Part shown: positions 28,821 through 36,291 of the stretch, piece after piece
How positions within the stretch are numbered: the first letter of the stretch is position 1
How the letters are laid out: each line of letters starts with the position of its first letter
Assembly (NCBI GenBank): GCA_030694465.1
Contig: JAUXYJ010000103.1
Location: 155,057-219,056, forward strand
Direction: 5' to 3'
DNA: 64,000 nucleotides
Origin: Deltaproteobacteria bacterium
Lineage (GTDB): Bacteria; Myxococcota_A; Polyangia; Polyangiales; Ga0077539
Made by a program: the position numbers and the translations under genes
Notes under the pieces: generated by a model
Databases searched by the model: none
What the model was told of the DNA's origin: nothing
What the model saw: only the letters and a program-made list of their open reading frames with translations

Positions 28821-29333
28821 CTAGCGCCCCATGCGGCCGGTGAGCTCAAGGAGCACGGTGTTGGTCGCCTCGCTTGGAGGCGGCAGCCTCGTCGAGGCGA
28901 TCCCGCGAAAGGTCAGGACGCCCGCGGTGACGCTCATCGTGACCATGCGAAAGGTCAGCGTGGTCTGCGTCCCGCCCGCGGTCACAGTGCACATCGCGCC
29001 ATCGGCGAACACAGCCGAATTACCACGCCGTTGCGCAGAGATGGTGCACAGCGACGCGCTCGACGTGTCCGAAAAGGTCACGCTCATCGAGGGCATCGGG
29101 CTGTTCTCGATGCGCACAATGACGTTGCTCGGCGACGCGGTCCCTGGGCCCGAAGGGGTCTGCTCGGTGGCGGTCCCGCTCATGGCCCAGGTGCCCAAGA
29201 AGGGCCCCGCGCCGGCCTCGACCACCTCGCCTGGCACAACGATCAACGGAGAGCCCGCGCCGCACGCCGTAGCGCTCAGGGCCATGCCAATCACCAACGC
29301 AGCCGAGAGCCGCGACCATCGAGGGGTATTCAC
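28821..29333 (-). CDS. lipoprotein, cassette component A (paralogue of 31077..31682)
   Basis: Lipobox LSATACG. It shares GTWAMSGTAT, …DGAMCTV… and GVLTFRGIAS blocks with the upstream paralogue. Confidence 0.5.
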   Translation of the reverse strand: MNTPRWSRLSAALVIGMALSATACGAGSPLIVVPGEVVEAGAGPFLGTWAMSGTATEQTPSGPGTASPSNVIVRIENSPMPSMSVTFSDTSSASLCTISAQRRGNSAVFADGAMCTVTAGGTQTTLTFRMVTMSVTAGVLTFRGIASTRLPPPSEATNTVLLELTGRMGR

Positions 29334-29381
29334 GGGGCGAGATCTTACGCAAGGTCGCGCGCAGAAGACAGCCGCGAGCGC

Positions 29382-30014
29382 TCAGCAGTGCGCGACGTTT
29401 GCCGCACGAATCATCATCGCGCGCACCACCCTGAGCACCACCGCGTTGTTGAGCCCTACGCGCTCGGTCGCGCCGATGCCCGACTGCACGGTGGTCACAT
29501 AGCGCCGCCGCGAGATGCTCCCTGGCGTCGCCACGTAGCCCGAGACCGCGGCCGCCTCGACCAAGACCTCGATGGTGGCCCCACGAGGGCTCGTCCAGCG
29601 GATCCTCGACATCCGCCGCGCCAAGATCCCGCTGAGGTCCTCGGCGAGGTCCTGCGCCCTAAACGCGGTCTGCTGCGAGGTCACTGGGGCGAGCCTCCGC
29701 AATCGTCTCGCCATCGCCCGCTCACCGATGCGCTCAAGGGCCATCGGCGCGAGCTCGCGCACCATCATGTCCGCGATCACGTAGCCCACTTCGCGCTCGG
29801 AAAACGCGGCAGTGCTCACGCCGGATGAGTTGTCAATTTGCACGTCGCTGAGCCCGCCCGCGACCGCGCGGAGCTGTCGCATGGCGTCGTTGCGCAAGAG
29901 ATTGAGCGTGGGGCTCGGCGAGAGACACCGCGGCTGCGCGCTCGCTCGCGACGGTCCCACGGTGATCGCACTCACACACACGGCCAACGCACACACCCAG
30001 GTCGTCCAACGCAT
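29382..30014 (-). CDS. secreted protein, cassette component B (paralogue of 31654..32277)
   Basis: Signal peptide MRWTTWVCALAVCVSAITVGPSRASA. It aligns along its whole length with the B' copy (QPRC.SPSPTL…AAFSEREVGYVIADMMVRELAP…ANVAHC). The start is set at ATG 30014 to avoid overlap with glk. Confidence 0.5.
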   Translation of the reverse strand: MRWTTWVCALAVCVSAITVGPSRASAQPRCLSPSPTLNLLRNDAMRQLRAVAGGLSDVQIDNSSGVSTAAFSEREVGYVIADMMVRELAPMALERIGERAMARRLRRLAPVTSQQTAFRAQDLAEDLSGILARRMSRIRWTSPRGATIEVLVEAAAVSGYVATPGSISRRRYVTTVQSGIGATERVGLNNAVVLRVVRAMMIRAANVAHC

Positions 30015-30027
30015 GGGCGCCAGTGTC

Positions 30028-31020
30028 TCATGCCAGCAGGGCTGACGCTCGCGCGGCGCCCCACAATGGCAAGCGCTCGTCGGTGATGAGCCAGATGGGC
30101 ATGGCCGCGAGGGTCTGCGCAAAGCGCCCCTTGTCGCTAAATCCCCTGCAAAAGTCCCCGAGTTCGAGCACTTTTGCGAGCTTGGCGCTCACGCCCCCTG
30201 CGACGTACACTCCGCCGCGAGACAGCACGCTCAGCGCGAGGTTGCCTGCCTCGGCGCCATACAGCTCGCAGAAGCGTCGGGCTGCGCGCATGCACAACAC
30301 ATCTCGGCCCTGGACCGCTTCGTCACCGATGACCGCCGAGGGGTCTTCGTGGGCCATGCGCTCTCGGACACGTGGGCTCTCGGCGCCTGGTTCGCGCTGG
30401 GCCATTGAGGCATAGACCCACGCGAGACCTGGGCCAGAGACAATTCGCTCGACCGAAACGTGAGGGTTTTCGCCGCCCAATCGCGCTTGGGTAAATCGCA
30501 ACAGGGCGACGTCTTCGTCGGTCCGTGGCGCGAAGCTCTTGTGTCCACCCTCGGTCGCGATCGCGAAGTGTTGTCCCTGGTGTGCGATCAACGCGCTCTC
30601 GCCCAAGCCCGTCCCTGCGGCGATCACGGCGATGTTGGCGTTGCGATCCGCGGTGCCTTCTTGCAAGCACACACACTGCGAAGGGTCGACCGCGAGCACC
30701 CCGTACGCGGTCGCTTGGAGGTCATTGAGCAAGAGCACCCGCGAGGGCGCGACCCCCAGCGTATGCGCGAGCGCGCGGCCGTCGATGACCCAGCGCAGGT
30801 GCGTGGTCTCACAGCGCTGATCGCTGACCACTCCGGGGAGCCCAAAGCATGCCGAGGTCACGCGCGAATCCGAGAGAAATTGCACACAGAGCGCATCCAG
30901 AGAGTCCCACGATGCGCTGTCAAAGACAGCCTCGCGCACGAGGCTAGGCGTGGGCCCTTGGGTCTCGAAGAGGCCGAGTCGAACTTTGGTTCCACCGATG
31001 TCACCTGCGAGGATTGTCAC
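30028..31020 (-). CDS. glk: glucokinase
   Basis: ILAGDIGGTKVRLGLF N-terminal ATP-binding motif typical of Glk. LLNDLQATAYG. GTG start at 31020 assumed. Confidence 0.85.
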   Translation of the reverse strand: MTILAGDIGGTKVRLGLFETQGPTPSLVREAVFDSASWDSLDALCVQFLSDSRVTSACFGLPGVVSDQRCETTHLRWVIDGRALAHTLGVAPSRVLLLNDLQATAYGVLAVDPSQCVCLQEGTADRNANIAVIAAGTGLGESALIAHQGQHFAIATEGGHKSFAPRTDEDVALLRFTQARLGGENPHVSVERIVSGPGLAWVYASMAQREPGAESPRVRERMAHEDPSAVIGDEAVQGRDVLCMRAARRFCELYGAEAGNLALSVLSRGGVYVAGGVSAKLAKVLELGDFCRGFSDKGRFAQTLAAMPIWLITDERLPLWGAARASALLA

Positions 31021-31048
31021 GGGGGCAAAGTTAGCAGAGCAGCCCCGT

Positions 31049-31068
31049 ACCCGGCTACGTCGCCGGGT
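31049..31068. repeat. GC palindrome variant copy (ACCCGGCTACGTCGCCGGGT), between cassette gene A' stop and glk start
   Basis: One mismatch relative to the perfect palindrome. It lies 9 nt downstream of the TAG at 31077–31079 (minus strand) and ~28 nt upstream of the putative glk GTG. Confidence 0.6.
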
Positions 31069-31076
31069 GGCTCGCG

Positions 31077-31682
31077 CTAGCGACGCCCAGAGAGCTCCGA
31101 GCGGGTGATCCTGGGCTCTTGGTCGCGGCCAAAGCCAGGCAACCACATTCGCGCAGAGATCACCCCGCGAAAACTCAGCACGCCGTGCTGCACCGAGAGC
31201 GAGGCTTGAGAGAACACAAGATCAACGAACACCGGTGAACTTCCAGTCCGACAGGGCGTCCCCTCGGCGATCACGGCGGTGTTGCGAGTCCGCGCGAGGG
31301 GCACAACGCACAACACCTCGGCAGGCTCAAAGACGGTGAGCTGCAGGCCCCTCCCTGGGATGTCTTCGATCCGCATCGTGAGCGTCACGGGTCTCACCAG
31401 AGGCAGAGGCTCGCCAGGTCCCGACAGATGGGTCGCCGTCCCGGTCATGGTCCACACCCCCACCATGGACTCGAGGGGTGCCTCTTCGAGCCTCGTGAGG
31501 GGGTCATCGAGGGGCGTGCTCGCGCCGCACGAGAGCGCGCAAAGCGCCTGCCCCATCGCGAGCGCGATCCCCAGAGTCCGCGTCGCCCGTCTGTCCCCCA
31601 TGGTCTTCACCTTGGGGGTGACTGTAGCAAACCTCGGGCAAGATGGGTAGTGGTCACTCACATCGCGCCACGCTCGCAGCAC
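31077..31682 (-). CDS. lipoprotein, cassette component A' (paralogue of 28821..29333)
   Basis: Lipobox ALSCGAS. It has GVWTMTGTAT, …EGTPCRT…, GVLSFRGVIS. Confidence 0.5.
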   Translation of the reverse strand: MLRAWRDVSDHYPSCPRFATVTPKVKTMGDRRATRTLGIALAMGQALCALSCGASTPLDDPLTRLEEAPLESMVGVWTMTGTATHLSGPGEPLPLVRPVTLTMRIEDIPGRGLQLTVFEPAEVLCVVPLARTRNTAVIAEGTPCRTGSSPVFVDLVFSQASLSVQHGVLSFRGVISARMWLPGFGRDQEPRITRSELSGRR

Positions 31683-32277
31683 GGATCAACATCGCCCTCA
31701 TGATTTGCAGTACCGCTTCACTCTGTAAGCCTACGCGCTCGGTGGCTCCGACCCCTGACTGGATCGTGGTGACATAGCGCACGCGGTGCATGCTGCCGGG
31801 GGTCGCGACATAGCCCGAGACCGCAGCCGCCTCGACCAGAACCTCGAGGGTCGCACCACGCGGAGTTCTCCAACGGACACGCCCCATCCGTCGCGCGAGC
31901 GTGTTGGCGAGGTCTTCGGCAAGGTCCTGCGCCCGAAATGCGGTCTGCTGGGAGGTCACCGGCGCGAGCCTCCGCAGACGCCTGGCCATCGCGCGCTCTC
32001 CGATGCGCTCGAGCGCGAGGGGCGCGAGCTCACGGACCATCGTGTCTGCGATCACATAGCCAACTTCGCGCTCTGAAAACGCAGCCAAGTCCACACCCGA
32101 TGAGTTGACGATAGGGACATCTCGGAGACCCGTCGCCACGTGATGAAGCTGCCGCATCCCGGCGTCACGGACCATCGCCAACGTGGGACTAGGCGACACA
32201 CACCGAGGCTGTGCAGAGGCACTCACCGACGCGCTGCCAAGCACAAGGACACACAGACTCGCAGGGATCCATCGCAC
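31654..32277 (-). CDS. secreted protein, cassette component B' (paralogue of 29382..30014)
   Basis: Signal peptide MRWIPASLCVLVLGSASVSASA. About 75% nucleotide identity with the B copy over its length. Confidence 0.5.
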   Translation of the reverse strand: MRWIPASLCVLVLGSASVSASAQPRCVSPSPTLAMVRDAGMRQLHHVATGLRDVPIVNSSGVDLAAFSEREVGYVIADTMVRELAPLALERIGERAMARRLRRLAPVTSQQTAFRAQDLAEDLANTLARRMGRVRWRTPRGATLEVLVEAAAVSGYVATPGSMHRVRYVTTIQSGVGATERVGLQSEAVLQIMRAMLIRAASVARCE

Positions 32278-32393
32278 CCTGGCAGTGTGTCACATCGCGC
32301 GCGCAACCTGGGCCGCGACGCGCTGGGCGTTTGCAGCAGAGCGTGCTCTCAATCCAAACCACAACAGCGGACGCGATGCTCCCCCGTTTGGCG

Positions 32394-32897
32394 CTAACCC
32401 GGCGACGTCGCCGGGTTACTCACTGCCATGGCGTCTACCCGCGCGACGAGCGCATCGAGCCGGTCCACCAGCGCACGTTGCGTGTCAATTTGCTGCTGTG
32501 CGAGCGCTTGCGCGGTGTCTTCTCGGGCTCGCTGCGCTGCGCTCGGGGGCTCGAGCGCGCGCGCGGCCATCGCGGGCCCGAGGGTCATCAATGCGCTCGC
32601 GATGGCCTTGCCCGCGGTGGTCACCGCGAACACCCGCGCATAGCCCACCGAGAGACACGTGGTGGTGAACACCAAGGCGTCCCAGAACGAGTTGACCTCG
32701 GGGTTTGCGTCGCGCTCGGCGACATAGAACAGCCACGCGCTCCCGAGGCTCGTCGCGATCACCGCGTCCAACGGATCTTGGGCGATCACTGCGCGAAGCT
32801 CATCGCGCGCCGCGCCGTACGCGCCGCCTAGGTCTTGCGACCCAAGCACGCGGCCAAGCGCTGAGAGCGCGAGGGTCTCGGCGGCGTTTGTGCTCAT
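32394..32897 (-). CDS. 2-TM ion-channel-like protein with K+-channel-type pore loop (non-canonical filter)
   Basis: TM1 (LDAVIATSLGSAWLFYVA), then NSFWDALVFTTTCLSVGYA (cf. K+-channel sfwWavvTmTTVGYGD), then TM2 (VFAVTTAGKAIASALMTLGPAMAA), then a helical C-terminal tail. Its ATG overlaps the flotillin stop (ATGA). Confidence 0.55.
   Translation of the reverse strand: MSTNAAETLALSALGRVLGSQDLGGAYGAARDELRAVIAQDPLDAVIATSLGSAWLFYVAERDANPEVNSFWDALVFTTTCLSVGYARVFAVTTAGKAIASALMTLGPAMAARALEPPSAAQRAREDTAQALAQQQIDTQRALVDRLDALVARVDAMAVSNPATSPG
32396..32417. repeat. GC palindrome copy 2 (AACCCGGCGACGTCGCCGGGTT, perfect 22-nt palindrome) forming the last 7 codons of the channel-like gene
   Basis: Direct reading. 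On the minus strand it encodes …NPATSPG followed immediately by TAG. Confidence 0.8.
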
Positions 32898-35083
32898 GCG
32901 CCCTCGGCCTCGCGTGCGGTGTCACTCGCTGCGCGCACACCGATGGTGCCCGTGGCGTTGGCGTCCATCGCGGCGAGTTTGGCTGCGAGCTCGGGGTCTT
33001 CGTTGGCGACCTTGCGCAGCTCTTCGGGGAGCGCGCCCAGCATTTTGCGCGCCGAATCGGTCAGGCGGTCCGTGTCAACCTGTGCAAACTGCATGAGCTC
33101 ACGCAAGAGCGGAAACGCCGCGCCCGCCTCGAGGATCGTGCGCAACACAGGCGACGCCGCGCCGAACGCGCCCTGTCCGTTGCCCGACCCGGCGACGTCG
33201 CCGGATGAGCCACCCTGGCCATTGTTCATCTGCAAGACCTTGATCTCGCGGATGGCGTGCGCCGGGGCCATGAGCTCTTTGGTCACGTCGGGCAGCACGG
33301 TGAGCGCCTTGAGCACGATGTCACGCAGCAAGAACTTGCTGGCCACTTGGTTCTCGGCGTCGACCAACGCTTTGCGTGCGTCGGCCTCGGCGGCGCCCTT
33401 TTGCCGCGTCGCTTCAGCGAGCGCGATGAGCGCTTCGGCCTCGAGCTGCGCAGCTTTTGCCCGCGCCTCTGCAGTGATTCTCACGCGGTCTGCGTCTGCT
33501 TGGGCCTCGGCACGGACCACATTGGCCGCCGAGTCCGCGGCGACCATGAGCGCGCGCGCAGAGCCCTCTGCCTCGGCGATGTGGCCCTCGGCTTGGGCAC
33601 GCTTCGCCGCTGCAGCGCCGTCGGCTTCGGCTTTGACGGCAGCCGCGCTGGTCTCTGCGCCAAGCTTGCGTACAAAGGCTTCGCGCTCGGCCGCGATACG
33701 CGCTTGCTGAGCGCTCTCTTCGGATTTAATCACCGCGATCTCTTTCTCGCGGCGGGCCTGTGCGGTGGCTTCGACCGTGAGAATTCCCTGGGTTGCCTGC
33801 GTTCGGTCCGCTTCGGCTTGGAGCTTGAGCGCCTCGGCGCGGGCCTCGACCTCGAGCGCCTGGGTCACCGCGATTTGCTTGGACACACGCGCGGTCTCGA
33901 TCACGCGCTGCTTCTCGATTTCGGCAGCCTCGATGGTCTTGACCTTCTCGATCTCGGCGGTCTCGATGGTCTTGCGCTTCTCGACCTCGGCGTTCTCGAC
34001 GGTGCGCTGCTTCTCGATCATCGCGGCCTCGACCTCGCGCTCTTTGGCGATCACCGCGACCTGCTGCTGCTTCTCGGACGAAATCTGCGCCTCGCGGGTC
34101 GCAGCGACGCGCTGAGCCTCTGCGATTTGCAGTGCTTTTTGCTGCTCGATCTTCGCGTTCTGCACAGCCTGCTCTTTCGAGAGCGCGGCCATCTCTTGGT
34201 CGCGCTGCTGCTCGTACACGGCCTTGGCGGTCGCGGTCGATTGCGTCGCGGTGTACTCTTGCACACGGCGTGTCTGGTCACTCTCGTTGCGGTTGTCCGC
34301 TTCGATCAGCTCAAGCGCGCGACGATGCGCGGTGACGTTTTGCTCTTGGATCGCGACGTCGGCTTCGCGCTCGATCAAGTTGGTCTTGCGCGCGTTGGCC
34401 TTCACCTGCTCGGTGATGGTCATCAGGCCCTCGGAGTCAAAGAAGTCCGACGCGTTGAGCTCGGCGATCGACACCATTGCGAGGGCCGTGATTGACACGT
34501 TCTCGAGGGTAAGACCGTTCTTTTTGAGCTCTTCAGAGAGGGCCTTCTGGATGCTCTCGGCGAAGTCTTTGCGGTTGGTGTGCAGCTCCATAAACGAGCT
34601 GTTGGCCGCGACAGAGCGCAGGGCGTCCGTGAGCTTTCCCTCGATGAGATCGCCGATCGCGCCTTCGTCGAGGTTGCGCTCACCAAACGAGCGCGCCGCG
34701 GTGAGCACGTCGTCTTCGAGCGGCTCGACCTTGATGTAGAGCTCGGTCGTGACGGTCGCGCGGATCTTGTCGCGCGTCACCAGGGCCATGTTGCCCGAGC
34801 GATCGACCGTGAGTTTATGCGAGCGAAGTGAGACTCGCATGAGCTGATGCAAGATCGGAAACACGGTGACACCGCCGCCGATCACCACTTTGTTTCCGCC
34901 TGCGCCCGTACGCACCAGCGCCTCGTCAGCGCCACAGCGACGATAAAACCGCGCGATGGTGACGAGCAACAGCGTGAACACAAAGATCACCGCCGAAGCG
35001 ATCAACGCCGAGACAATAAACTGCGGCTGCTCCCAAAAGCGAAGCGCCGAACCCTGTGCGACAAAGACCTCTAGCTGATTCAT
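32894..35083 (-). CDS. flotillin-like SPFH/band-7 protein (YqiK-type) with long EA-rich coiled coil
   Basis: N-terminal TM, PHB domain (…KLTVDRSGNMALVTRDKIRATVTTELYIKV…) and an extended EA/Q-rich repeat region typical of flotillins. Confidence 0.85.
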   Translation of the reverse strand: MNQLEVFVAQGSALRFWEQPQFIVSALIASAVIFVFTLLLVTIARFYRRCGADEALVRTGAGGNKVVIGGGVTVFPILHQLMRVSLRSHKLTVDRSGNMALVTRDKIRATVTTELYIKVEPLEDDVLTAARSFGERNLDEGAIGDLIEGKLTDALRSVAANSSFMELHTNRKDFAESIQKALSEELKKNGLTLENVSITALAMVSIAELNASDFFDSEGLMTITEQVKANARKTNLIEREADVAIQEQNVTAHRRALELIEADNRNESDQTRRVQEYTATQSTATAKAVYEQQRDQEMAALSKEQAVQNAKIEQQKALQIAEAQRVAATREAQISSEKQQQVAVIAKEREVEAAMIEKQRTVENAEVEKRKTIETAEIEKVKTIEAAEIEKQRVIETARVSKQIAVTQALEVEARAEALKLQAEADRTQATQGILTVEATAQARREKEIAVIKSEESAQQARIAAEREAFVRKLGAETSAAAVKAEADGAAAAKRAQAEGHIAEAEGSARALMVAADSAANVVRAEAQADADRVRITAEARAKAAQLEAEALIALAEATRQKGAAEADARKALVDAENQVASKFLLRDIVLKALTVLPDVTKELMAPAHAIREIKVLQMNNGQGGSSGDVAGSGNGQGAFGAASPVLRTILEAGAAFPLLRELMQFAQVDTDRLTDSARKMLGALPEELRKVANEDPELAAKLAAMDANATGTIGVRAASDTAREAEGA
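33187..33206. repeat. GC palindrome copy 3 (GACCCGGCGACGTCGCCGGA) inside flotillin CDS
   Basis: Identical 20-mer to copy 1. It encodes SGDVAGSG in the Gly-rich C-terminal region of the flotillin. Confidence 0.8.
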
Positions 35084-35200
35084 GGTGTCCCGACCTCCCG
35101 ATGTTTGTGACCAAGTTGTGCTGTGAATTTGCTGACCAACGCGACCATCGCGCGGACACCAGAGACACAGCTACAGGCTCGGCACAGACTGCGATACTTG

Positions 35201-35941
35201 CTATGTGCGACGACGACCGGGCAGCACGCTGTCGAGCGCGCTGACGACCAGTCGACCTTGCTCTTGCTCGACCACAACGACCTCGCGTCCCTCTTCAATG
35301 GGCACGCTGTCATGGGTCACGCACACCACACGGACGACGTGCCCGATGCGGTCTTTGATCCGAACCTCGCCAAACTCGCGGTCGACCCTGCTTGAGATCA
35401 CCACGCCGCTGCTTCCCACGAGCCCCTCGCGCGAGGTCGCCTCTTGGCCCTCGGTCGAGAACACTTTGCCGGCGATCGCCGCCATCGCGCGGGTACACAG
35501 CGCACCGATCACCAGCGCGATCGGGATCACCCAGACCATGGACCACAGCGGCGGCCGCGCGAACCCATAGACCAGCGTGTTGACCGAGAGCCCCGCGACG
35601 GCAAACGCCACCGCGAAGGTCTGCAGCAAGAAGGTCATCGGCGCGCGACCAAAGCCCAACAAGCCCACGAGCGAGACCGTGGCTTCGCCCTGCACGCTCA
35701 CGGCGTGGTGCCCTTCGCTCTCGCTCTCACCGTCCGCGTCTCCATCGCCGTCGGCGTCGGTGTCCACGCTGTCCGGGACTCCGTCGCCATCGCTGTCGTG
35801 GCCGTCGGCGTCGCCATGGTCACCGCCCGCGAGCAAGCCCAGGACGCCTGAGACCTGCAAGAGAGCTACACCTACCGCGATCGCGACCGCGGTGAGATAA
35901 GGCACGTTTGCCCAAGCGAGCCATGCAGACAAAACGGTCAT
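35201..35941 (-). CDS. NfeD-like (YqiJ-type) membrane protein with C-terminal OB-fold
   Basis: N-terminal TM helices, an acidic/His-rich loop (DHGDADGHDSDGDG), and a C-terminal beta-rich segment (GEVRIKDRIGHVVRVVCV…VVVVEQEQGRLVV) typical of NfeD partners of flotillins. Confidence 0.7.
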   Translation of the reverse strand: MTVLSAWLAWANVPYLTAVAIAVGVALLQVSGVLGLLAGGDHGDADGHDSDGDGVPDSVDTDADGDGDADGESESEGHHAVSVQGEATVSLVGLLGFGRAPMTFLLQTFAVAFAVAGLSVNTLVYGFARPPLWSMVWVIPIALVIGALCTRAMAAIAGKVFSTEGQEATSREGLVGSSGVVISSRVDREFGEVRIKDRIGHVVRVVCVTHDSVPIEEGREVVVVEQEQGRLVVSALDSVLPGRRRT

Positions 35942-36291
35942 CAAGAACGGCCCTTGCGTGCCACACGCTCTCGCCCAAAAAGACGAGATGCGCGGCCGCG
36001 AAGTGAGAGAATGCGGGTGGGAAACCTCCGCAAAAAAGTGAGCGCCACGATGGGTGCAGATCCGCGTTGGCTCCGTCAACGGCAGATCGGTCACGCATCA
36101 TCCGATTTTGCGCGGCTGTCACCGAAGGCTTTCTGGCGAAAAGTTGCCTTGGAGCGCGGTTCTGTAGCTTAGCTCGGCCAGATTCGGTCACCTGGACGCG
36201 CCCCACGCGGCGCCGCGGGTGTCCCCCTCTGCCACGAGAGCGGGTTGTTTTGTAGTCCAACACAGCCGCCTCGTGTCATCCGACGGAGCGA

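Noticed and set aside
33257-34495. 412-aa plus-strand ORF antisense to the flotillin
   Set aside because: The Leu/Gly/Arg/Asp-rich repeats mirror the antisense of the EA-rich flotillin coiled coil.
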